This document shows, piece after piece, positions 55,699 through 64,000 of a stretch of DNA of 64,000 nucleotides (its first letter is position 1; each line of letters begins with the position of its first letter). Origin of the DNA: an uncultured Bacilli bacterium. Lineage in GTDB: Bacteria > Bacillota_I > Bacilli_A > RF39 > UBA660. Made by a program: the position numbers and the translations under genes. The stretch spans positions 393 to 64,392 of the forward strand of contig CAKOLD010000002.1 of NCBI GenBank assembly GCA_934096015.1, read 5' to 3'. Below the pieces are notes generated by a model that saw only the letters and a program-made list of their open reading frames with translations, was not told where the DNA came from and did not search any database.

Positions 55699-56322
55699 AT
55701 GTCAAAATTAGATGTTATAAACCTTAAGGGTGAAAAAATAAATGATTTAAAACTTAATGATAATATTTGGAATATAGAACCTAATGATGTAGTTTTAAAG
55801 AAAGCTATAGATTTACAAATGGCTTCTTTAAGACAAGGAACTCATAAAACTAAAACTCGTTCAGAAGTTAGTGGTGGAGGAAGAAAACCTTTCCGTCAAA
55901 AAGGAACTGGTAATGCTCGTCAAGGTACTATTCGTGCTCCTCATTATAGAGGCGGTGGAATTGTATTTGGAGTTACACCTCGTAGTTACACTTTTAAAAT
56001 GAATAAGAAAGAAAGACAACTTGCTTTAAAAACTGCTTTAACTTATAAAGCAAAAGAAAAAGAATTGGTTGTTGTTGATTCATTAATTACTGATAGCATT
56101 AAAACTAAGGATGTTAAAAAATTAATGGAATCATTAAAATTGGCTGGTAAAGTATTATTTATAGCTAATGGTGATGCTGAAAAATTATATTTAGCTACTA
56201 GAAACTTAGGATATGCTTTAGTTCTAACAATGGATGAAGTTAATTGCTATGATTTAGTTAATGCTGATACAGTTGTTATGGACATTGATACTATTAATCA
56301 TATAGAGGAGGTGCTTAAATAA
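55699..56322 (+). CDS. rplD: 50S ribosomal protein L4
   Basis: sequence and context. Confidence 0.93.
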   Translation: MSKLDVINLKGEKINDLKLNDNIWNIEPNDVVLKKAIDLQMASLRQGTHKTKTRSEVSGGGRKPFRQKGTGNARQGTIRAPHYRGGGIVFGVTPRSYTFKMNKKERQLALKTALTYKAKEKELVVVDSLITDSIKTKDVKKLMESLKLAGKVLFIANGDAEKLYLATRNLGYALVLTMDEVNCYDLVNADTVVMDIDTINHIEEVLK

Positions 56323-56591
56323 TGAAATACGATATTATTTATTCACCAGTTATTACTGAAAAAAGTAGTGAACTTGCAAGTAAGAATGTTTATGTATTCA
56401 AAGTTGCAAAGTCTGCTAATAAAATTCAAATTAAGGATGCTATTGAATCTTTATTCAATGTAAAGGTTAAAAGTGTTCATACTTTAAATACAAAAAGTAA
56501 AGCTAAGCGTGTTGGAAGATATGCTGGCAAAACTAAAACATATAAGAAGGCTTACGTTACATTAGAGAACGGTCAAGCTATAGAAATGTAA
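56322..56591 (+). CDS. rplW: 50S ribosomal protein L23
   Basis: sequence and context; TAATG overlap. Confidence 0.93.
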   Translation: MKYDIIYSPVITEKSSELASKNVYVFKVAKSANKIQIKDAIESLFNVKVKSVHTLNTKSKAKRVGRYAGKTKTYKKAYVTLENGQAIEM

Positions 56592-56605
56592 GGCGGTGAA
56601 ATATT

Positions 56606-57436
56606 ATGGGTATAAAGAAATATAATCCTACTACAAATGGACGTAGAGGAATGTCAACTTTAACTAATGATGAAATCACTACTAATAGACCAGAAAAGAG
56701 TTTACTAGCTAGCTTTAGTAAAACTGGTGGAAGAAATAATCAAGGTAGAATGACTGTTCAACATATTGGTGGTGGAGCTAAGAAAAAATACCGTGTTATT
56801 GATTTTAAAAGAAATAAATTTGGTGTTACTGGTAAGGTAGCTACTATAGAATATGATCCAAATCGTAATGCTAATATAGCTTTAATTACTTATTTAGATG
56901 GTGAAAAAAGATATATTATTGCACCAAAAGATTTAACTGTTGGTATGATTGTTGAAAGTGGAGAAGTATGTGACGTTAAAGTCGGAAATGCTATGAAACT
57001 TAAGAATATGCCAGTTGGTACTACAATTCATTGTATAGAGTTAAAACCTGGTAAAGGTGCAGAACTTGCTCGTTCTGCTGGAGCTTCTGCTCAAATATTA
57101 GGTAGAGATGGTAAATATGTAATTGTACGTTTACAAAGTGGTGAAACAAGAAAGATTCTTGGTGAATGTATGGCAACAGTTGGTACAGTTGGTAATGAAG
57201 ATTATGAACTTATTAACTGGGGTAAAGCTGGACGTGTTCGTCATTTAGGAATCAGACCTACAAACCGTGGTTCTGTTATGAACCCTAATGACCATCCACA
57301 TGGTGGTGGAGAAGGACGTGCTCCAATTGGTAGAAAAGGGCCTGTTACTCCTTGGGGTAAACCTGCTCTTGGATATAAAACTCGTAAAAATAAGAAAGCT
57401 TCTGACAAGTTAATTGTTAGTAAGAAAAAGAAATAG
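56606..57436 (+). CDS. rplB: 50S ribosomal protein L2
   Basis: 'HPHGGGEGR' motif. Confidence 0.95.
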   Translation: MGIKKYNPTTNGRRGMSTLTNDEITTNRPEKSLLASFSKTGGRNNQGRMTVQHIGGGAKKKYRVIDFKRNKFGVTGKVATIEYDPNRNANIALITYLDGEKRYIIAPKDLTVGMIVESGEVCDVKVGNAMKLKNMPVGTTIHCIELKPGKGAELARSAGASAQILGRDGKYVIVRLQSGETRKILGECMATVGTVGNEDYELINWGKAGRVRHLGIRPTNRGSVMNPNDHPHGGGEGRAPIGRKGPVTPWGKPALGYKTRKNKKASDKLIVSKKKK

Positions 57437-57446
57437 GTGAGTGTTT

Positions 57447-57710
57447 ATGGCTAGAAGTTTAAAAAAAGGACCTTATGTAAGTGAAAGCTTAATGAAAAAG
57501 ATCCAAAAATTAAATGAATCAAATAAAAAAGAAGTTGTAAAAACTTGGTCTCGTCGTTCAACTATTTTTCCAGAATTTATTGGACATACTATAGCAGTTC
57601 ATAATGGTAAAGAATTTATACCAGTTTATTGTACTGAAGATATGGTTGGTCATAAATTAGGAGAATTTGCGTTGACAAGAAAATTTGGCGGACACGCAGG
57701 ACAAAAGTAG
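57447..57710 (+). CDS. rpsS: 30S ribosomal protein S19
   Basis: start placed at ATG after RBS AGGTGAG (ORF track begins 57441). Confidence 0.93.
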   Translation: MARSLKKGPYVSESLMKKIQKLNESNKKEVVKTWSRRSTIFPEFIGHTIAVHNGKEFIPVYCTEDMVGHKLGEFALTRKFGGHAGQK

Positions 57711-57723
57711 GAGGTAGAGATTG

Positions 57724-58065
57724 ATGGAAGCGTATGCAATACATAAGTCTGCTATGGTAGCTCCTCGTAAAGCTCGTATGACTCTTGATTTAATAAGAGG
57801 AAAAAAAGCTAGCGAAGCAGTTGCTATATTAGAAAATACTAATACTAAATCAAGCAGACTAATTTTAAAAGTGTTAAATTCTGCAGTTGCTAATGCAACA
57901 AATAATTTAAATTTAAATGAAGCTGATTTAAGAGTTTCAGAATGTTTTATCAATCCAGGACCTGTACTAAAACGTTCTAAGATTGGAAGTCGTTCTAAGG
58001 TTGATAGAAGAGATAAAAGAACGAGTCATATTACTGTTAAAGTAAGTGACGGTAAGGAGGCTTAA
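57724..58065 (+). CDS. rplV: 50S ribosomal protein L22
   Basis: start ATG after RBS GGAGGTAG. Confidence 0.93.
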   Translation: MEAYAIHKSAMVAPRKARMTLDLIRGKKASEAVAILENTNTKSSRLILKVLNSAVANATNNLNLNEADLRVSECFINPGPVLKRSKIGSRSKVDRRDKRTSHITVKVSDGKEA

Positions 58066-58067
58066 CA

Positions 58068-58748
58068 GTGGGACAAAAAGTAAATCCTAATGGATTGAGA
58101 CTTGGTGTAAATAAAGATTGGCAAAGTTCATGGTATGCATCTAAAAGAGATTTTGCAAAATATTTAAATAACGATATTAAAATCCGTGATTATTTAAATA
58201 AAAAATTAGCTGATGCTGCTGTTTCAAGTATAATTATTGAAAGAAAAAAGAACAGATGCGATATTAAAATAATTTCTGCAAAACCTGGTATTATTATCGG
58301 ACGTGGTGGAGAAGATATTGAGAAGTTAAGAACTGCTCTTAAAAAATTAGTTGATGAAGAAATTTATGTGACTATAGTAGAAGAAAAGAATCCAGATTTG
58401 AATGCGAAATTAGTTGCTGATTCTATTGCAAAACAAATTGAAAATAGAGCTAATTTCCGTAATGTTCAAAAGAAAGCTATTAGAAATACTATGAAGGCTG
58501 GAGCTAAAGGTATTAAGACTGCTGTTTCTGGTAGACTTGCAGGAGCTGAAATGGCTAGAACTGAAGGTTATACTGAAGGAACTGTTCCACTTCATACTAT
58601 TAGAGCTAATGTTGATTATGCTATAAGTGAAGCTAATACTACTTATGGTAAAATCGGTGTTAAAGTTTGGATTTATAAAGGTGAAATCCTTCCTACTAAA
58701 GATGTAAAGGAGGAAAAGAAAAATGCCATTAATGCCAAAAAGAACTAA
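58068..58748 (+). CDS. rpsC: 30S ribosomal protein S3
   Basis: GTG start; KH domain '[13 protein letters not shown]'. Confidence 0.95.
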   Translation: MGQKVNPNGLRLGVNKDWQSSWYASKRDFAKYLNNDIKIRDYLNKKLADAAVSSIIIERKKNRCDIKIISAKPGIIIGRGGEDIEKLRTALKKLVDEEIYVTIVEEKNPDLNAKLVADSIAKQIENRANFRNVQKKAIRNTMKAGAKGIKTAVSGRLAGAEMARTEGYTEGTVPLHTIRANVDYAISEANTTYGKIGVKVWIYKGEILPTKDVKEEKKNAINAKKN

Positions 58749-59154
58749 ATATAGAAAACCTCATAGATTAACTTATGATGGTCATGCTAAAGGTAATTTA
58801 AAAGTTAACTTTGGAGAATATGGTTTACAAGCTAAAGAAGGTGGATATGTTTCAGCTCGTCAAATTGAAGCTGCTCGTATCGCAATGACACGTTATATGA
58901 AACGTGGTGGAAAAGTATGGATTAATATTTTCCCTCAATTAGCTCGTACTAAAAAACCTTTAGAAACTCGTCAAGGTAAAGGAAAAGGTAACGTTGAAGA
59001 ATGGGTTGCTGTTGTTAAAGAAGGAAAAGTTATGTTTGAAATAGCTGGAGTTAGTGAAGAAGTTGCTCGTGAAGCTTTAAGATTAGCAAGTCATAAATTA
59101 AGTGTAAAAACTAAATTTGTAAAAAAAGAAAGTGGTGAAGATAGTGAAAACTAG
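58723..59154 (+). CDS. rplP: 50S ribosomal protein L16
   Basis: 'MPKRTKYRK'. Confidence 0.93.
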   Translation: MPLMPKRTKYRKPHRLTYDGHAKGNLKVNFGEYGLQAKEGGYVSARQIEAARIAMTRYMKRGGKVWINIFPQLARTKKPLETRQGKGKGNVEEWVAVVKEGKVMFEIAGVSEEVAREALRLASHKLSVKTKFVKKESGEDSEN

Positions 59155-59341
59155 CGAAATAAGAAAAATGTCCACTGAAGATATAAATAAAAAAATCGTT
59201 GAACTTAAGGCTGAGCTTTTTGATTTAAGAATGCGTCAAGCAACTGGTAATTTAGAAAAGCCTCATAAGATTAATGAATTAAGAAAAACTATTGCAAGAC
59301 TTAAAACAGTCTTAAATGAATTAGATGGGAGTGAAAAATAA
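59144..59341 (+). CDS. rpmC: 50S ribosomal protein L29
   Basis: GTG start giving '[14 protein letters not shown]...' (ORF track starts 59132). Confidence 0.85.
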   Translation: MKTSEIRKMSTEDINKKIVELKAELFDLRMRQATGNLEKPHKINELRKTIARLKTVLNELDGSEK

Positions 59342-59601
59342 TGGAAGAAACTAAAAAACAAGAGTTAATTGGTCGTGTAGTAAGTGATCAAAATGATAAA
59401 ACTATTACTGTTTTAGTTGAAACTTATAGAAAACACCCACTATATCACAAGAGAGTTAAATATTCTAAGAAATATCGTGCTCATGATGAAAAAAATATTG
59501 CTAAAGTAGGAGACACAGTTAAGATAGTACAAACTCGTCCATTATCTAAAACTAAAAGATATGAACTTGTAGATGTACTTGAAAAAGCTGTTGTTCTATA
59601 G
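59341..59601 (+). CDS. rpsQ: 30S ribosomal protein S17
   Basis: sequence and context. Confidence 0.93.
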   Translation: MEETKKQELIGRVVSDQNDKTITVLVETYRKHPLYHKRVKYSKKYRAHDEKNIAKVGDTVKIVQTRPLSKTKRYELVDVLEKAVVL

Positions 59602-59610
59602 GAGGTTATT

Positions 59611-59979
59611 ATGGTTCAACAAGAAACTAGATTAAAAGTTGCTGATAACTCTGGAGCAAAAGAACTTTTAGTAATCAGAGTATTAGGTGGAAGCAAAGTT
59701 AAATTTGGAAACATTGGAGATGTAGTTGTTGGAACTGTTAAAAAAGCAGTACCTAATTCTAATGTTAAAAAAGGTAAAGTAGTTAAAGCTGTTATTGTAA
59801 GAAGTGTACAAGGTGTTAGAAGAGAAGATGGTTCTTACATTAAATTTGATGACAATGCATGTGTATTAATTAAGGAAGATAAGAGTCCTATTGGAACTCG
59901 TGTTCTTGGACCAGTAGCAAGAGAACTTCGTGAAAAAGATTTTATGAAGATTGTATCACTTGCTCCTGAGGTTTTATAG
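59611..59979 (+). CDS. rplN: 50S ribosomal protein L14
   Basis: sequence and context. Confidence 0.95.
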   Translation: MVQQETRLKVADNSGAKELLVIRVLGGSKVKFGNIGDVVVGTVKKAVPNSNVKKGKVVKAVIVRSVQGVRREDGSYIKFDDNACVLIKEDKSPIGTRVLGPVARELREKDFMKIVSLAPEVL

Positions 59980-59987
59980 GAGGTACT

Positions 59988-60275
59988 ATGAAAGTTAAAG
60001 TTGGAGATAAAGTAAAAGTTATTGCTGGTAAAGATAAAGGTAAAACTGGTACAGTAAGAGTAACTTTAAGAAATAAAGATAAAGTTGTAGTTGAAGGTGT
60101 TAATATTGTAAAAAAACATATGAAACCTAATGCTATGAACGAAACTGGTGGAATTTTAGAAGTAGAAGCACCAATTCATGTATCTAATGTAAGTGTCATT
60201 AAAGAGGAAAAAGCTACTAAAAAAGAAACAAAGTCTACTAAAAAAAGTAAAAAAGTAGGTGAAGAGAATGAATAG
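59988..60275 (+). CDS. rplX: 50S ribosomal protein L24
   Basis: KOW '[16 protein letters not shown]'. Confidence 0.93.
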   Translation: MKVKVGDKVKVIAGKDKGKTGTVRVTLRNKDKVVVEGVNIVKKHMKPNAMNETGGILEVEAPIHVSNVSVIKEEKATKKETKSTKKSKKVGEENE

Positions 60276-60807
60276 TTTAAGAGATAAATATGAAAACGAA
60301 ATAAAAAATAATTTAATGGAACAATTTAAGTATGAATCAATTATGCAAGTTCCAAAATTAGAAAAAATCGTTGTTAATATTGGTGTAGGGGAAGCTGCAC
60401 ATGATTCTAAATATATTGAAGCTGCTGCTAAAGATTTAGAGTTAATAACTGGTCAAAAACCTGTTATAACTAAAGCTAAGAAGTCTATTGCAGGTTTCAA
60501 ATTAAGAGAGGGTCAAACTATTGGTACTAAAGTTACTTTACGTGGGGAAAATATGTATGTATTTATGGAAAAACTTATAAGAGTTGCTTTACCACGTGTT
60601 CGTGATTTTAGAGGAGTTAATCCAAAAGCATTTGATGGAAAAGGTAATTATACTTTAGGTTTAAAAGAACAAATTATCTTCCCAGAAATTGAATATGATA
60701 ATGTTTTAAAAATTAGAGGAATGGATATTGTTTTTGTTACAACTGCAAAAACAAATGAAGAAGCTCATGCATTACTTGCTGGCTTCGGAATGCCATTTAG
60801 AAAGTAG
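60268..60807 (+). CDS. rplE: 50S ribosomal protein L5
   Basis: start at ATG '[12 protein letters not shown]' after RBS. Confidence 0.93.
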   Translation: MNSLRDKYENEIKNNLMEQFKYESIMQVPKLEKIVVNIGVGEAAHDSKYIEAAAKDLELITGQKPVITKAKKSIAGFKLREGQTIGTKVTLRGENMYVFMEKLIRVALPRVRDFRGVNPKAFDGKGNYTLGLKEQIIFPEIEYDNVLKIRGMDIVFVTTAKTNEEAHALLAGFGMPFRK

Positions 60808-60815
60808 GTGGATGT

Positions 60816-61001
60816 ATGGCAAAAACAAGTATGAAAGTTAAAAATAAAAGAACTCCTAAATTTAAAGTAAGAAGTTATACTCGTTGTGAGAGATGCGGAC
60901 GTCCACACGGAGTTTTACGTAAATTTAAATTATGTCGTATTTGCTTTAGAGAATTAGCAAATGAAGGTAAAATACCTGGCGTTAAGAAATCAAGTTGGTA
61001 G
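60816..61001 (+). CDS. rpsN: 30S ribosomal protein S14 type Z (zinc-binding, 61 aa)
   Basis: '[20 protein letters not shown]'. Confidence 0.93.
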   Translation: MAKTSMKVKNKRTPKFKVRSYTRCERCGRPHGVLRKFKLCRICFRELANEGKIPGVKKSSW

Positions 61002-61015
61002 AAAGGAAGTAAATT

Positions 61016-61414
61016 ATGGTAAACGATAGAATAGCTGATATGCTTACAAGAATTCGTAATGCAAATCAATTAAAATATGATAATGTTACTGTACTTGGTT
61101 CTAAGACAAATGAAGAAATTGCTAGAATTTTAAAAGAACAAGGTTACATCAGTGATTATAAAGTTAATAAAAGTATTACTGGTGATACAATTGAATTAGG
61201 ATTAAAGTATGCAGATAATAAAAAAGAAAGAGTAATTACTGGACTTAAAAGAATTAGTAAACCAGGGTTAAGAGTTTATGCTAAACATGATGAACTTCCT
61301 AGAGTACTAAATGGTTTAGGTATTGCAATAATTTCTACTTCTGAAGGTATCATGACTGATAAAGAAGCTAGAGGAAAAAATCTAGGAGGAGAAGTACTTG
61401 CTTATATTTGGTAA
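61016..61414 (+). CDS. rpsH: 30S ribosomal protein S8
   Basis: sequence and context. Confidence 0.95.
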   Translation: MVNDRIADMLTRIRNANQLKYDNVTVLGSKTNEEIARILKEQGYISDYKVNKSITGDTIELGLKYADNKKERVITGLKRISKPGLRVYAKHDELPRVLNGLGIAIISTSEGIMTDKEARGKNLGGEVLAYIW

Positions 61415-61426
61415 GGAAAAATAGTT

Positions 61427-61963
61427 ATGAGTAGAATAGGAAATAGAGAATTAGTTATTCCTGCAGGTGTTGAAGTAGTTGTTGCTGATAATAAAGTAAC
61501 AGTTAAAGGACCTAAAGGTGAATTAAGTAATGAATTTAATGAAAATATTAGTATTTCAGTTGTAGATAATAAAGTTATTTGCAAGAGAAATAGTGAAAAT
61601 AAAGAAATAAAGAGTCTTCATGGTACTACTAATGCTCTTATTAAGAACATGATTGTAGGAGTTAGTGAAGGTTATAAAAAGGATTTAGAGGCTGTAGGTG
61701 TTGGTTACAGATTTAATGTAGCTGGTAATAAAATAACAGTTTCTGCTGGATATTCTCATCCAGTTGAAGTAATAGTTCCTAGTGATTTAAAAGCTGAATC
61801 TACTAGTAATACTGAAATATCTATCAGTGGTATAGATAAACAAAAAGTTTCTGAATTTGCGGCTAATATTCGTAAAATAAGAGAACCAGAACCTTATAAA
61901 GGTAAAGGTATTCGTTATAAAGGCGAAAAAGTTAGACGTAAAGAAGGAAAGAAAGCAGCTTAA
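61427..61963 (+). CDS. rplF: 50S ribosomal protein L6
   Basis: sequence and context. Confidence 0.95.
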   Translation: MSRIGNRELVIPAGVEVVVADNKVTVKGPKGELSNEFNENISISVVDNKVICKRNSENKEIKSLHGTTNALIKNMIVGVSEGYKKDLEAVGVGYRFNVAGNKITVSAGYSHPVEVIVPSDLKAESTSNTEISISGIDKQKVSEFAANIRKIREPEPYKGKGIRYKGEKVRRKEGKKAA

Positions 61964-61984
61964 TAGGGTAAGGAGAGTTTATTT

Positions 61985-62341
61985 ATGATTAAAAAGGAAT
62001 CTAAGAATGATGTTAGAAAAAGAAGACATCAACGTGTTAGAAATAAAATATCTGGAACATCAATGGTACCAAGATTAAATGTATTTAGATCTAATTCTCA
62101 AATTTTCGCTCAAATTATTGATGATGAAAATGGAACTACTCTAGTAAGTTCTTCTTCAGTAGAATTAAAGATTAAAAATGGCGGAAACATTGAAGGAGCT
62201 GCTGTTGTTGGAAAAGATATAGCTGAAAAAGCAAAAAAAGCAAAAATTAAGGAAGTTGTATTTGATAGAGGTGGATACCTATATCATGGACGTGTAAAAG
62301 CTTTAGCAGAAGCTGCACGTGAAAACGGCTTAGAGTTCTAG
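61985..62341 (+). CDS. rplR: 50S ribosomal protein L18
   Basis: sequence and context. Confidence 0.93.
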   Translation: MIKKESKNDVRKRRHQRVRNKISGTSMVPRLNVFRSNSQIFAQIIDDENGTTLVSSSSVELKIKNGGNIEGAAVVGKDIAEKAKKAKIKEVVFDRGGYLYHGRVKALAEAARENGLEF

Positions 62342-62352
62342 GAGGTACGGAT

Positions 62353-62862
62353 ATGGCAAGAAATGAAAAAAATTATGACAATAAAAAGAAACTTTTAGAA
62401 GAAAAAGTTGTTTCTATTTCTCGTGTTACTAAGGTAACAAGTGGTGGACGTCATTTCCGTTTCGCTGCAACTATGGCAGTTGGTGATGGAAAAGGTTTAG
62501 TTGGAATAGGAACTGGAAAAGCTAATGAAGTACCAGAAGCAATTAAAAAAGGTATTCAAGCTGCTAATAAAAATTTAGTAAAGGTTGCTATTGTTGATAA
62601 TAGAACTATTCCACATGATGCTATTGGTACTTGTGGAAGAGCTAGAGTTTTAATTAAACCTGCTAAAGAAGGTACTGGTGTTATTGCTGGTGGAGCTGTT
62701 CGTGTTATATTAGAACTAGCTGGTGTTAAAGATATAGTTAGTAAGTCTTTAGGATCAAATACAAAAGTAAATATGGCTAAAGCTACATTAGAAGCTTTAA
62801 AGAGCCAACGTACTGCTGAACATATTGCAGAATTACGTGGATTAAAGAAAGAGGAGTTATAA
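62353..62862 (+). CDS. rpsE: 30S ribosomal protein S5
   Basis: sequence and context. Confidence 0.95.
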   Translation: MARNEKNYDNKKKLLEEKVVSISRVTKVTSGGRHFRFAATMAVGDGKGLVGIGTGKANEVPEAIKKGIQAANKNLVKVAIVDNRTIPHDAIGTCGRARVLIKPAKEGTGVIAGGAVRVILELAGVKDIVSKSLGSNTKVNMAKATLEALKSQRTAEHIAELRGLKKEEL

Positions 62863-62863
62863 T

Positions 62864-63304
62864 ATGAAGTTAGAAAATTTAGTAAATACTCCTGAAAGAA
62901 AAGAAACTAAAAGAGTTGGTCGTGGACCTGGTTCAGGAATGGGTAAAACATCAACTCGTGGACAAAAAGGACAAAAAGCTAGAAGTGGTGCTAGTATTTC
63001 TCCTTGGTTTCAAGGTGGACAAAGTCCTTTATATAGAAGATTACCTAAGAGAGGATTTAATAATGCAAGATTCAAAATTGAATTTGCTGTTATTAACTTA
63101 GATGATTTAAATAAATTTAATGATGGAGATGTTGTTACTCCTGAATTATTAAAAGAAAAAGGAATTATAAAAAAACAATTAGCTGGTGTTAAAGTTTTAG
63201 CAGACGGTGAATTGACAAAGAAAATTACAGTTAAAGCTCACAGATTTTCATCTGCAGCTGTAACTAAAATAGAAAATGCAGGCGGAACAGTTGAGGTGAT
63301 TTAA
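62864..63304 (+). CDS. rplO: 50S ribosomal protein L15
   Basis: follows rpsE directly (no rpmD). Confidence 0.93.
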   Translation: MKLENLVNTPERKETKRVGRGPGSGMGKTSTRGQKGQKARSGASISPWFQGGQSPLYRRLPKRGFNNARFKIEFAVINLDDLNKFNDGDVVTPELLKEKGIIKKQLAGVKVLADGELTKKITVKAHRFSSAAVTKIENAGGTVEVI

Positions 63305-64000
63305 TGTTTTCAAATCTTAAGGGATTATTTAGTCCTACTAACAAAGATTTAAGAAAAAGAATTTACTTCACTTTCTTGTTACTTGCAGTATACTCTCTAG
63401 GAACTAATATTATAGTTCCTGGGGCTAAGAGTATTACTACTGAACTTGGATTTTTAGAATTATTAAATTTAATAAGTGGTGGGGGTTTAAAAAGTTTTTC
63501 GATCTTTGCTTTAGGTGTAAGTCCATATATTACTGCATCAATTATTACTCAATTGTTGCAAATGGATATAATACCTTATTTTAAAGAATTAAAAGAGCAA
63601 GGAGCAACTGGTAGACAAAAGATTAATAAAATAAATAGATATTTAGGAATTATTTTTGCATTTATTCAAGGGTATATATTTTCAGTAGCTTTTTTACAAA
63701 ATTTAGGTACTATGGAAATATTAAAAACAACTTTAATACTTACTGGTGGTACTGCAGTTGTCTTATGGATGGCTGATGAAATTACTAATAAAGGGTTAGG
63801 AAATGGTGTATCTTTGATTATTATGGCAGGTATTGTTCAAAGTTTACCAAATACATTTATTACTGTTTTTAAAGATTTGATTTTAAATGGTAATTTTAGT
63901 TCTTTTGTCGGTATAATGTTATTTGTATTATTTGTTATTACTTATATTTTAATTGTTGTAGGTGTTATATACATGCAACTTGCAGAAAGAAGAGTAAGTA
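63304..64000 (+). CDS. secY: preprotein translocase SecY (5' partial, runs off window)
   Basis: 'LGVSPYITASIITQLL' SecY TM2 signature; TAATG overlap with rplO. Confidence 0.9.
   Translation, partial: MFSNLKGLFSPTNKDLRKRIYFTFLLLAVYSLGTNIIVPGAKSITTELGFLELLNLISGGGLKSFSIFALGVSPYITASIITQLLQMDIIPYFKELKEQGATGRQKINKINRYLGIIFAFIQGYIFSVAFLQNLGTMEILKTTLILTGGTAVVLWMADEITNKGLGNGVSLIIMAGIVQSLPNTFITVFKDLILNGNFSSFVGIMLFVLFVITYILIVVGVIYMQLAERRVS

Noticed and set aside
1-64000. CRISPR arrays, rRNA genes, IS elements, prophage structural genes
   Set aside because: No regularly spaced direct repeats, no rRNA-like conserved stretches, no transposase or integrase motifs, and no capsid/terminase/portal-like ORFs were seen. 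The M23-lysozyme hydrolase sits in a T4SS context rather than a phage lysis cassette.

Overview
Very AT-rich (by eye roughly 25-30% GC) chromosomal segment from a low-GC Gram-positive (Bacillota-like) bacterium. Lineage evidence: T-box leaders on tyrS and ileS, a LexA with Cheo-type boxes, scpAB, ezrA, ugtP, a TasA/SipW operon, and a type-Z S14. Layout: (i) 1-24.4 kb housekeeping core with tRNA-Arg/Pro, CapA, an orphan prepilin, patatin, YebC, tasA-tasA-sipW, tyrS, ezrA, ileS, tmk-like, lexA, ugtP, miaB, scpAB and tRNA-Leu. (ii) ~24.4-54.4 kb accessory block between tRNA-Leu and the S10 ribosomal operon. (iii) 54.6-64 kb S10/spc ribosomal-protein operon (rpsJ through rplO, then secY partial) with no L30 gene. 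The accessory block holds a ~23 kb pCF10 Prg/Pcf-like (MPF-FATA style) type IV secretion gene set. Its order is three Cys-rich surface proteins with cadherin-like repeats and C-terminal membrane anchors, three paralogous VirB2/pilin-like small proteins, an embedded YfhO-family GT-C glycosyltransferase, a degenerate ParA/TadZ-like protein, VirB6-like, VirB3-like, a VirB4 ATPase split into two ORFs, an M23+lysozyme hydrolase, two small NTF2-sized membrane proteins, an SGNH+CHAP hydrolase, a lipoprotein and a VirD4 coupling protein. No relaxase, integrase or recombinase is visible anywhere in the block. It is flanked by a GNAT gene remnant and by a CYTH-domain gene pair plus a GtrB-like GT2. I regard it as a candidate relaxase-less, pilin- and adhesin-decorated, possibly glycosylation-coupled T4SS-derived surface machine. 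A candidate SOS-controlled 33-aa membrane peptide lies divergent from lexA. All calls rest on motif recognition by eye; no database searches were possible.
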